Virus record (IMG/VR): IMGVR_UViG_3300033148_002122
Location: 1 to 64,000 of that record
DNA: 64,000 bases
Reading direction: 5' to 3' (one strand)
Source: a virus
A model generated the notes under the pieces. That model saw nothing but the letters and a program-made list of their open reading frames with translations, was not told the DNA's origin and ran no database searches. Below, piece by piece: positions 28,317 through 37,536 of this stretch (the first letter of the stretch is position 1; every line of letters begins with the position of its first letter). The translations under genes were made by a program, and so were the position numbers.

Positions 28317-31300
28317 TGGCTACTAGATATTATTTAGTTAATACTAATGTTGAGACTACTTGTGATTCTGGTGCCGCCCAGGTTGACAACTACGATCTAA
28401 ATAGGACTCAGGGTGCAGCCAATACTGTAAATCTAACACTAGGCGGTCTAACCGCAATCAACACATGGCTTGAGGTTGGTGCGTTTGATCTTGACGTTTC
28501 GGGTGACACCCCAGTTGATGGCGTGTATGACGTTTCCATAGACGTTCAAGCTATTGATAGAGATCTTGAGGGGCGTTTTAGAGTTCAATTAATAGATGAT
28601 GGCGATTGTAGCATTGATCAAAATAGTACGTATTCAACTACTTTTACATCTACTGGAATAAAAACATTAACCACGGCCTCACTAACAGTCGGTGTTACGG
28701 AACGTCTTCGTGTTTCAATCGAAGCTCAAACTATTAAGTCTAGTCACTCGGATCAAATTCTTGGTGTTTACACAGGCGATGCTGATTCCTATGTTGATGC
28801 CCCTTGGACCCCCCTAGATACGTTTGATTCTACGGGTAGTTATTCTTCTAACTTAATATTTGAAACAGACTCAACTGGTAGCTATTCAGCGAATTTTAAG
28901 GCAACTTACGATTCTACAGCTAGTATTAGCGCACTGATAACAACGTTTCGTCCTGACGATATTTCTGGCGCACAGCTATGGCTTGCAGCAGATCACCTGC
29001 ACGGAACGTACAGCGACAGTGACACAGTAACTTCATGGCCTGATTCTCTAGGAATTCAGCCTAATTTTACTGGTGTCGGAGATCCGATCTATGACGATGC
29101 CGTTATCAACGGCTTGCCAGCAGTTTATTATGACGGCAATGATAGACATAACGCAGAATGTTCTGGTCTATGGGATGCAGGTCAATCTGTTTTTATTGTG
29201 TACCGGAGAGCCACAGGTGATTCAGACATTGCGGTTCTGATCTCTGAGTCTGACAAAAACGCACTCAGCTATAAAGACGAATGGAATTTTTCTGTAGATA
29301 CCTACGAGGTTAATGCAAGCGGCATAAAAACTGTTGCTTATCCTGCTCCTGCTGTTGCTGGTGAATGGGCATACGCAGGGAGTACGTGGACTGACGGTGG
29401 TATAGCTGTCTCATATAGAGATAGCACTGCGTGGAATCAGACTATTATTTGGACAATGACTCCTGTTGATACGGATGTCGAAAATACAGATGTTGCATTC
29501 AGAAGTAATCTAACTTCTTCTTATTTTACTGGTTGGATTGCTGAGATAATTGTTTATGATCGTGAGCTAAACTCTACTGAGCGCGATATAGTATATACAT
29601 ACCTGAGAAAGAAGTATGCTTTTCCAGAAGCTGCATCCTTAGAAACCTATGACTCTACAGGCAGCTATTCTTCAAATCTAATTCTAGAAACAGATTCAAC
29701 TGGATCTTATAGTTCTAGTCTAATGCTTGCGATAGATTCAACAGCTAGCTATTCGGCCAACCTGTTTGGTTTACTGGACTCCACTGGTTCGTATAGTGTT
29801 AATTTAATATTTGAAACAGATTCAACAGGTTCGTATTCAACTCTTCTTACAGACTTGTACGATTCAACTGGTTCGTATAGCACCAATCTAAGAGTTGAGG
29901 TTGATTCAACTGCTAGTTATTCTTCCGTACTAACCGGAGCAACTGACTCAACTGGTTCTTACAGTTCTAACTTATGGCTTCAGATAGATTCTACAGGTTC
30001 GTATTCAACTCTTCTTACAGACCTGTATGATTCTACTGGTTCGTATAGTACTAATTTATCTAGTGTGGGCGACTCAACAGCTAGTTATTCTGTTAATCTG
30101 TTTGGTTTATTAGATTCTACTGGCTCGTATAGTGCCAGTCTGTCTAGTGTAGGTGACTCAACAGGCAGTTATTCAGCTAATCTTGTTACTGAGTTTGATT
30201 CTACAGGTAGCTATTCAGCCCATCTATTCGGGACACTTGACTCCACGGCAAGCTATTCAGCCCATGTTATAAGCGGTTCTGAGTCTGTTACAGTAGCCTA
30301 CAAGGCAGATTTTTATAAAGGTTTTAGCTATCTTGTAGACTCTACAACAACCATCGGTATAACATTATCTTGGCAAAACGGTTTTCCACAGTATTTACAG
30401 CAAGAGCCTGTTTCTGCTGGCGTTGATACCTATGATTCAACAGGTTCGTATTCTACTAGTTTAACAGGAATAGTTGATTCAACAGCAAGTTATTCTGCAA
30501 ATCTTCTTTTAACTCAGGACTCCACAGGTAGTTATTCTGCAAATCTGTTGACAGTATTAGACTCAACAGGAAGCTATTCTGTACACTTATTTACAACTCT
30601 GGACTCTACTGGATCCTATTCTGTGAATCTTGGGCTAACTACGGATTCAACTGGTTCTTACTCTACAAATCTTGCATTAATTACAGACTCTACTGGTTCA
30701 TACTCCACTAATCTTGAAACAACCGTAGACAGCACAGGAAGCTACTCAGCGAATCTACTAGTAACTTACGATTCTACAGCTAGCTACTCAGCTAACTTAT
30801 TTGGTTTGCAGGATTCTACTGGATCGTATTCGGCTAATCTATCTATATCCTTCGATTCTACAGCTAGCTATTCATCAATCCTTGCCGGAACATTAGATTC
30901 TACAGGTAGTTATTCTGTAACCGTTAAGGGTTCAGCAGATTCTACTGGTAGCTATTCTACAAATCTCTATGGAACTACTGATTCTACTAGTTCGTACTCC
31001 ACAAACCTTAAAACTACACTAGACTCTACTGGAAGTTATTCAGGTCATTTATTTGGAACACTAGATAGCACGGCTAGTTTCTCTGTTTATCTTCTTTCCG
31101 AGCTAGAGCTAGATTCTACTGGCAGCTATTCTACTATTCTAGCTGGTGTACTAGACTCAACAGGGTCGTATAGTACATCACTATTAGAGAGTATGGACTC
31201 GACAGCTAGTTATTCTATAAACTTGGAATTTATTGGTGATTCAACAGCTTCCTATTCTACAAATTTAGAGGCTATTGCTGATAGTACTGGAAGTTACTCT

Positions 31301-32584
31301 GTAGCTCTGTCAAAGACCTATGATAGTACGGGAAGCTATTCAGTAAGCTTATTAGAAAGCTATGATAGTACAGGAAGCTATTCTTCCTACTTAGTGGGAA
31401 CCAAAGATTCTACAGCGAGTTATTCTGCCTATCTAATTTTTGAAGGCCAAGCAGACTCTACAGGCAGCTACTCGTCTTATCTGGTTGGTTCACCAGATTC
31501 TACTGGTAGCTATTCTATAAACTTAGAAGTTACTATAGATTCTACTGGAAGTTATTCTATTAATTTAGAAGAAACTTTTGATTCAACTGGAAGTTATTCA
31601 ACTAACTTAGTAACTACGACTGATTCTACTGGATCATACTCCGTAGACCTTAAGTTAACTTCAGATTCTACAGGATCATACTCTTCAGCTTTGTATGGTC
31701 TTCAGGATAGCACAGGCAGTTATTCTGTATACTTGTTAATAGAGCTAGGAGCAGACTCTACTGGAAGCTATTCTGCTAACTTGTACGGGACTGCCGACAG
31801 TACTGGAAGTATCTCAGTTTCTCTGTTGGAGAAGCAAGATTCTACTGGTTCGTATAGTGCGAATTTAGCTATTAAAACAGACTCTACTGGGTCGTATTCT
31901 AGTTCTCTGTTAGGAGTTCAAGATAGTACAGCCTCATTCTCTGTGTCTATTAAAGGTACTATTGATAGTACGTTTAGTTACAGCACTACGCTCTTTGAAC
32001 TACATGATAGCACAGGCAGTTATTCTTCTAGCCTAATAGCTAAATACGATTCTACGGGTTCGTATTCGTTAGTACTTGAAGGAGGAGATGACTCTACTGG
32101 TTCGTATAGTGTTAGTCTAAAGACTACCACAGATAGTACAGGTTCGTTATCTGTATTATTAACATATACTTATGACTCTACAGGGTCCATATCAGTTTCA
32201 ATACTAAAATCTCAGGATAGTACGGCTTCAGTTTCTGTAGTAATTGGTGGAACTATAGATAGTACAGCAAGTTACTCTGCCTTAGTATCTGGTGAAGTAT
32301 TCAATGTTGATAGTACTGCCAGTTACTCAGTGGCGCTGTATCTAAAGACTGATTCTACCTATAGTTATAGTGTGTTCTTGTCTCCAGATAGACCTTTGGC
32401 GTATGTATACTACGATGGGTTGTCTGCGTATGTAGTAAAAGATGCCCCAGGAAATTCGCAAATTATTGAAAAAAACTACCTTGCAAGCGTGTCCGTAGCT
32501 AAGTTTGATGCGTATACTATACGAGGCATCTATAGTTCGGTTGTTGAAATAATAGATATACACAAGAGAGGCTGTGGTCAATAG
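28316..32584 (+). CDS. giant repetitive fibre protein: N-terminal domain, LamG/ConA-like domain and about 64 DST(G/A)SYS 14-aa repeats
   Basis: LWLAAD...INGLPAVYYDGND...IAEIIVYDREL...YL--KY lectin-like domain; about 66 DST counted by eye; ATG at 28316 (track start 28304). Confidence 0.8.
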   Translation: MATRYYLVNTNVETTCDSGAAQVDNYDLNRTQGAANTVNLTLGGLTAINTWLEVGAFDLDVSGDTPVDGVYDVSIDVQAIDRDLEGRFRVQLIDDGDCSIDQNSTYSTTFTSTGIKTLTTASLTVGVTERLRVSIEAQTIKSSHSDQILGVYTGDADSYVDAPWTPLDTFDSTGSYSSNLIFETDSTGSYSANFKATYDSTASISALITTFRPDDISGAQLWLAADHLHGTYSDSDTVTSWPDSLGIQPNFTGVGDPIYDDAVINGLPAVYYDGNDRHNAECSGLWDAGQSVFIVYRRATGDSDIAVLISESDKNALSYKDEWNFSVDTYEVNASGIKTVAYPAPAVAGEWAYAGSTWTDGGIAVSYRDSTAWNQTIIWTMTPVDTDVENTDVAFRSNLTSSYFTGWIAEIIVYDRELNSTERDIVYTYLRKKYAFPEAASLETYDSTGSYSSNLILETDSTGSYSSSLMLAIDSTASYSANLFGLLDSTGSYSVNLIFETDSTGSYSTLLTDLYDSTGSYSTNLRVEVDSTASYSSVLTGATDSTGSYSSNLWLQIDSTGSYSTLLTDLYDSTGSYSTNLSSVGDSTASYSVNLFGLLDSTGSYSASLSSVGDSTGSYSANLVTEFDSTGSYSAHLFGTLDSTASYSAHVISGSESVTVAYKADFYKGFSYLVDSTTTIGITLSWQNGFPQYLQQEPVSAGVDTYDSTGSYSTSLTGIVDSTASYSANLLLTQDSTGSYSANLLTVLDSTGSYSVHLFTTLDSTGSYSVNLGLTTDSTGSYSTNLALITDSTGSYSTNLETTVDSTGSYSANLLVTYDSTASYSANLFGLQDSTGSYSANLSISFDSTASYSSILAGTLDSTGSYSVTVKGSADSTGSYSTNLYGTTDSTSSYSTNLKTTLDSTGSYSGHLFGTLDSTASFSVYLLSELELDSTGSYSTILAGVLDSTGSYSTSLLESMDSTASYSINLEFIGDSTASYSTNLEAIADSTGSYSVALSKTYDSTGSYSVSLLESYDSTGSYSSYLVGTKDSTASYSAYLIFEGQADSTGSYSSYLVGSPDSTGSYSINLEVTIDSTGSYSINLEETFDSTGSYSTNLVTTTDSTGSYSVDLKLTSDSTGSYSSALYGLQDSTGSYSVYLLIELGADSTGSYSANLYGTADSTGSISVSLLEKQDSTGSYSANLAIKTDSTGSYSSSLLGVQDSTASFSVSIKGTIDSTFSYSTTLFELHDSTGSYSSSLIAKYDSTGSYSLVLEGGDDSTGSYSVSLKTTTDSTGSLSVLLTYTYDSTGSISVSILKSQDSTASVSVVIGGTIDSTASYSALVSGEVFNVDSTASYSVALYLKTDSTYSYSVFLSPDRPLAYVYYDGLSAYVVKDAPGNSQIIEKNYLASVSVAKFDAYTIRGIYSSVVEIIDIHKRGCGQ
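29651..32380 (+). repeat. degenerate 42-bp coding tandem repeat (DST[G/A]SYSxxLxxxx)n
   Basis: Conserved at protein level with variable synonymous codons (both TCN and AGY Ser); three further units lie near 28826-28930. Confidence 0.92.
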
Positions 32585-32934
32585 TGGGCTATCGTACTTC
32601 TAAAATAAGAGAAATTACTGATATATATCAGCATACTACTCCTCTCTTCAGATTTACTATAAATCATGATGGTACTAGTGTTGTGTTGGGTAATCTAATG
32701 ACAGTGAGATTTATTGGGAAGCCACATATTGATTCAAATCATACGTTATGGGACGCCTCTTGTGCCATAGTTGACTCTACGAGGGGAATGTGTGAATGCC
32801 GCCTGTCATTAACTGATACCACAGATTCTTATCACAATATGTACGGAGAGCTAAGGTTTGAAGACCACACAATACAAACAAGTGAAGTAGTTAATCAGTA
32901 TAAATTTGACCTTCTAGAGTCTCTTGGTGGCTAG
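32584..32934 (+). CDS. BppU-like adaptor domain protein
   Basis: IVDSTRG-C-CRLS--DT...YGEL resembles the baseplate upper protein N-terminal fold; GTG start. Confidence 0.5.
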   Translation: MGYRTSKIREITDIYQHTTPLFRFTINHDGTSVVLGNLMTVRFIGKPHIDSNHTLWDASCAIVDSTRGMCECRLSLTDTTDSYHNMYGELRFEDHTIQTSEVVNQYKFDLLESLGG

Positions 32935-33467
32935 TGAAAAGTAGATACAAAGATCTGACTGGATGTAAGTTTGATAGATTAACAGTTCTCAAGTACGTAG
33001 GTAGAACTAAAGGTAGACATTCATTATGGCTCTGTAGATGCTCATGTGGTAATAGGGTCAAAATGCTTGATAATAATTTAAAGAGTGGGTCCACTAAATC
33101 ATGTGGGTGTCTCCGTTCAGAATTGGTTTCTGAAAGGCTTAAAGGCGAAAATAATCATAAGTGGGATCCAAATAGAACAGATGAAGAAAGAGAAATTGGT
33201 AGAAATTATCCTGATTATTACCAATTTCGTAAAAAAGTGTATGAAAAAGACAATTATACTTGTGTAGCTTGTGGCTATTCAAGCGGCGGTAATTTAGTAG
33301 CTCATCATTTAGAAAGCTACTCACGAAATCATAATTTAAGAACAAAGCCAAGCAATGGCGTTTGTCTTTGTTCGCCGTGTCACAAGTTCTTTCATGTAGA
33401 ATACGGATTTGGAAATAATACTACTGAACAGTTTCAGGAGTGGATAAGGAGGATAATGGATGAATAG
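32934..33467 (+). CDS. HNH homing endonuclease
   Basis: DLTG-KF-RLTV, WLCRCSCG, KSCGC, CVACG...AHH...NGVCLC--CH--FH. Confidence 0.9.
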   Translation: MKSRYKDLTGCKFDRLTVLKYVGRTKGRHSLWLCRCSCGNRVKMLDNNLKSGSTKSCGCLRSELVSERLKGENNHKWDPNRTDEEREIGRNYPDYYQFRKKVYEKDNYTCVACGYSSGGNLVAHHLESYSRNHNLRTKPSNGVCLCSPCHKFFHVEYGFGNNTTEQFQEWIRRIMDE

Positions 33468-34521
33468 GAAAAAGGTTTTACACGTTGTAAACTGGATAGG
33501 ACTAAGGGGTTCGGAAAAGACTTGTTTAAATTTTGCAAAACATACTCCGCAGTATGATCATACGTTTATTGCCAGGACTATCACTAACGCTGAAGCCGAA
33601 AAAGAGTTTATAGGTGTTGGTGAAGTTAGAATAAGTATAAATTTTGGAACAGGTGGAATGTTTGATTATTCTGATATAACACCAGAGTTTATAAAAGAAA
33701 ATAACATTGATATAATTAATGTATACTTACCTGGGGATAACCTACCAAGCTACATAAAAGGATTGAAAGACTGTGGTGTAAAGATTGTTCTAAGTGTATT
33801 GTGTGCCAAGAAATGTCATTTTGGTCCAGAACATTTTGACTCTGTTGTGGTTCTTTCTGAATTTGCAGCATCGTTAAACCCACATTTAAATCCAGAGTGG
33901 GTATATCCAACAGTTGAAGTGCTTGAGTCACAGGCAACAAAAGATGACATACTACTTAGATACTTTGATTTCTATGAATTAGCCAAGAACCCAATACTAA
34001 TATCTAGGGTTGGGTCAATCGAGCAGGTTAAACATGTTGAAGATTTCTTAAAGTTAGCTAAAACTTTTGAATATCTTGACAACGTATATTTTTTGTACGC
34101 AGGTGTAGCTGAGACTAGTTACCTAAATAAACTAAAATCAAAGTATTACGGAATTAATATAGCATATGGTGGTGTATTAACAGAACAGGAAAAGAACGAT
34201 ATCAATGCTGTTAGTGATGTATGTTTGTATCCTACTGAGTTTGAGTCGTTTGGCTATTCACTAGCAGAACCTATGTCGCACGGTGTACCAGTTGTTACCT
34301 ACAATGAATCCGCTTCACCAGAAACAGTTGGTGACGGCGGTGTTGTTGTTGATTTTAATAATTTAGTTCAGTTGACTAAAGCTTTGGCAGAATTAATGTC
34401 TAGACCACTATTACGTAAGAAACTTGGGGATAAGGCTTTAGCAAGGTGGGAAACTAGTTTTGCGCCTGGAATTTATCAAGATAAAGTTGTTGCTATTTAC
34501 GAGGGGTTATTAAATGAGTAA
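33460..34521 (+). CDS. glycosyltransferase family 4 (GT-B)
   Basis: KVLHV, G-EK, VG-I---K, YPT-FESFGYSLAEPMSHGVPVV (Ex7E), ETVGDGG. Confidence 0.92.
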   Translation: MNRKKVLHVVNWIGLRGSEKTCLNFAKHTPQYDHTFIARTITNAEAEKEFIGVGEVRISINFGTGGMFDYSDITPEFIKENNIDIINVYLPGDNLPSYIKGLKDCGVKIVLSVLCAKKCHFGPEHFDSVVVLSEFAASLNPHLNPEWVYPTVEVLESQATKDDILLRYFDFYELAKNPILISRVGSIEQVKHVEDFLKLAKTFEYLDNVYFLYAGVAETSYLNKLKSKYYGINIAYGGVLTEQEKNDINAVSDVCLYPTEFESFGYSLAEPMSHGVPVVTYNESASPETVGDGGVVVDFNNLVQLTKALAELMSRPLLRKKLGDKALARWETSFAPGIYQDKVVAIYEGLLNE

Positions 34522-36868
34522 TCTTTACACAGATAGGGTAGTAAGAAACATTACCCCATTAGATAACCTGGAGAAGTATGAGGCTTTATCTGATAGTCAG
34601 CGTAGTGACAGATACCTACAGCTTTTAGATCATCAGCTATCTAAAGCAACGTATTTGTCTAATAAAGTTAAAAAACCTAATACGTTTATAACAGATCAAC
34701 TTGCGGATATGGCAGATATTGCTGGATCATTGTATTCTACAGAGAGCCATGAAACTAAACAAAAAGAACTTTTATTATCAAGAAATATAGCAAGATTTGA
34801 ACCTTTCTGTGCCACGGCACTCAAAAGACTTGTATCATTTAGTGTTACACCAGGAACATTCGAAAGTGTGTATGATGAAGAACTTGAACAAGTTCTACGC
34901 TTTTGGTATGAAAATCTTACTGCAATGGATGCTGCTCCTGGGTTTGTAAAACAGATACCAGGGTTAAAGATTTTTGAAGAATCATTTGTTAGGGAGTTAC
35001 TAGTTGATGGTGACTTAGTTATTTCTGAAAGCTGGTCAAAGGTTTCTGTTCCTATATACAGGGTTACTCCAAAAGGTAAAAGAACTGTAAAATTTAAGAA
35101 TTTTTTGTTACCTACTCGTCTAGCCATTCATGATTTTAGTAGTTTAAAAGTAAAAGAAGTATCCTCTCTATATAACAGAGAGATTATTACTATGAAGGTT
35201 CCAGAAGATCTAAAAGAATTAGCTGGAAAATCTGAGTTAACTCATGATGAGAAACAAACACTAGATCAGCTACCTGATTATATAAAGAAACAGCTAAAGG
35301 GTGAAGGAAGTTCTGAGTATATTTCTCTTGTTGATCCCAAGGGAAAAGAATCGTTTGTAACACACATAAAATTACACGGAAACAGTTATGCTCTGTATGG
35401 TAAGAGCTTTTTTGCTTCAGCCTTTGAGCCTATATCTAGAAAGTATAGACTTAGAGAATTAGACGAAGCAACTATAACTGGTATTATAAATAGAGTTACG
35501 ATAATTAAGGCCGGATTAGTTTCTCTAGAAGGTCAAACAACCATAACTCCTAATCGTTTACAAATGCTTGAACAACTTCTGAGTGAGCCTAAAGTTAATG
35601 AATTAATTCTTTGGCCTGGAGATGACATATCTATAGAGGATATAGGACCACAGGGAAAAATTCTTGAATTTGATAAAAGATATGACCATGTTAACAGTGA
35701 TATCCTTGCAGCTATTGGTGTTCCAAGAGTTCTTATTGACGGAAAGTCTGAGATGTCTGGAGAACGGACTGTCTATGCGTCTTTCCTTGGACTTAAAGAG
35801 TTTTTGGAACAGGATATTCGAAATGATAGACTCATACCTTTTGTTGAGTCATTAGCTAGAGGCATAGCAACTAAGAATAATTTTAAGGCAGAGTATCCTA
35901 AGTATCAAAAAGGAAGGATTAACCTTCAAGATCCAGAGATGCTACTCAACAGAGCTAAGTTTGAGTATGATCGTGGTCTTATGTCAGAGCGTACAGCGAT
36001 TACTGATGGGGGTAGAACCTGGGAAATTGAGAGACAAAGAAGAGAATTTGAGTCTATTAATGGTATTGTCCATAACTTTGGTATTCCAGATCTAGCATTT
36101 AACGAACCTTCTGACAGGGGAGATAGTGGACCAAAGGAAGATACTGAGAAGATATCTGATCCTGATGAAGTAAGTGACACTGGTTCGAATGCTGCCTTTG
36201 CTGCGTCTACAAGGGACGCTAATTATGCAGAGGATCTTGATGATATATATCAGTCAAATACCTCAAAGATTTTAACTAGAATGGAAAATTCTGGCATTCC
36301 TAACTCTACAATTATTGGATCGTTAATTGTTATGTTTGGTCTTTTAAAGAAATCAAGCAGAGAGTATGTTAATGAATCATATAACAAGTTATTAGAAGAT
36401 GCCAATTACTATGATGTCGAACTATTAGATAATGTTATATCCTGGTCTGATCAACAATTTGATAACTGGTTAGACTCAATGACTGAGACTATAACTAGTA
36501 AAATAACTGATGAGTTGGACACAGATGACAAAGTTATACTACTTGCTGGTATATTTTCTGCTGCTATTAACACAAGGCTTTATAAATACGAAACTGCTAT
36601 ACCATCAAAGGTTGAACGAGCAGTTAGTATTTCAGCTAGTAAAGCTGGTGGAAATGAGTACGCTACATGGATTTCAGCATTAACTGAAAATACTTGTGCG
36701 TATTGCACCAGTCTTCATGGAAAGAGCATGTCAATTGATGCCGCGCTAGAGATGTATCCAGTACATCCTAGCTGTCAGTGTGACTACCTAGAACACAAGA
36801 CACTCCCTAAAAATGCAGATACTGATATACCAGAGAAAGATTCAGATAACTGGAGTAACCTAAAGTAG
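34514..36868 (+). CDS. portal protein with C-terminal MuF (SPP1 gp7-like) domain
   Basis: RELLVDGD, YGKS, ILAAIGVP, GLMS--T portal features; C-terminal TCAYC--LHG...P-HPSCQC. Confidence 0.8.
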   Translation: MSNLYTDRVVRNITPLDNLEKYEALSDSQRSDRYLQLLDHQLSKATYLSNKVKKPNTFITDQLADMADIAGSLYSTESHETKQKELLLSRNIARFEPFCATALKRLVSFSVTPGTFESVYDEELEQVLRFWYENLTAMDAAPGFVKQIPGLKIFEESFVRELLVDGDLVISESWSKVSVPIYRVTPKGKRTVKFKNFLLPTRLAIHDFSSLKVKEVSSLYNREIITMKVPEDLKELAGKSELTHDEKQTLDQLPDYIKKQLKGEGSSEYISLVDPKGKESFVTHIKLHGNSYALYGKSFFASAFEPISRKYRLRELDEATITGIINRVTIIKAGLVSLEGQTTITPNRLQMLEQLLSEPKVNELILWPGDDISIEDIGPQGKILEFDKRYDHVNSDILAAIGVPRVLIDGKSEMSGERTVYASFLGLKEFLEQDIRNDRLIPFVESLARGIATKNNFKAEYPKYQKGRINLQDPEMLLNRAKFEYDRGLMSERTAITDGGRTWEIERQRREFESINGIVHNFGIPDLAFNEPSDRGDSGPKEDTEKISDPDEVSDTGSNAAFAASTRDANYAEDLDDIYQSNTSKILTRMENSGIPNSTIIGSLIVMFGLLKKSSREYVNESYNKLLEDANYYDVELLDNVISWSDQQFDNWLDSMTETITSKITDELDTDDKVILLAGIFSAAINTRLYKYETAIPSKVERAVSISASKAGGNEYATWISALTENTCAYCTSLHGKSMSIDAALEMYPVHPSCQCDYLEHKTLPKNADTDIPEKDSDNWSNLK

Positions 36869-36932
36869 TTACATCTTCTAACTAGAAGAATAACATAAAC
36901 ACCCAACTTGTTTTGTTAGAAGGACGGAATTC

Positions 36933-37376
36933 ATGGCAGAAGTTAAAACTATTAGTGGCGGCATTCCAGATCCCATAAAAAATCAGTCCTCTTTTAGTGG
37001 ATTATTTATTATCCTAACTATTTTAGCAACTTTTATAGCTCTGGTTGGAAATTATATAAAACCTGTTCAACAAAATGTAGAACAATTAAGGGCAAGATTA
37101 GAGCAGGTTAATAACAGAGCGATACAATCTGATCATCTAGAAGAAATAACATCTTTAAGCGAACAACTAAAAAGCGTGTCTAAGGATATTCATACTATTG
37201 AGAGAGTTGAAAATCTTCATGATGAACGTAGTAAGGCTAGACTCTTTAAGCTAGAACAATGGAGACACGAAGATCTAGATAGGATATCAGAGCTAGAAAA
37301 AATAGTGTATGGATTAGAGATAGCACTTGAAAGGGACTATCACAGAAATCAAGATTACGAAGAAGGGGGACCATAG
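36933..37376 (+). CDS. single-TM coiled-coil protein
   Basis: TM segment LFIILTILATFIALV followed by heptads. Confidence 0.6.
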   Translation: MAEVKTISGGIPDPIKNQSSFSGLFIILTILATFIALVGNYIKPVQQNVEQLRARLEQVNNRAIQSDHLEEITSLSEQLKSVSKDIHTIERVENLHDERSKARLFKLEQWRHEDLDRISELEKIVYGLEIALERDYHRNQDYEEGGP

Positions 37377-37520
37377 ATGGAGGTTTTTCTTATTTTAATT
37401 CTTGGATCACTAGGGTGGGTTTCTATTAATCACCCAGATTGGTTGGTAAATCACTGGCCTCATATATTGTTGCCTAGAGATTGGGCTGACTCTTTTCAGC
37501 GTTGGGTACAAAGATTTTAA
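37377..37520 (+). CDS. 47-aa Trp-rich membrane peptide
   Basis: MEVFLILILGSLGWVSINHPDW...; GGGGGA RBS; starts right after the upstream stop; below the track cutoff. Confidence 0.5.
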   Translation: MEVFLILILGSLGWVSINHPDWLVNHWPHILLPRDWADSFQRWVQRF

Positions 37521-37536
37521 TTGTTGGAGGACATAA

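Noticed and set aside
29651-32380. 42-bp periodic repeats as a CRISPR or other non-coding array
   Set aside because: They lie in one open frame and vary at synonymous positions; there is no identical repeat with unique spacers and no cas gene.
28316-32584. Ice-nucleation protein
   Set aside because: The period is 14 aa rather than 16/48, and the AGYGST and TxT consensus is absent.
32934-33467. Intron-encoded endonuclease
   Set aside because: The HNH ORF overlaps both intact neighbours with no flanking non-coding sequence, so it is free-standing.
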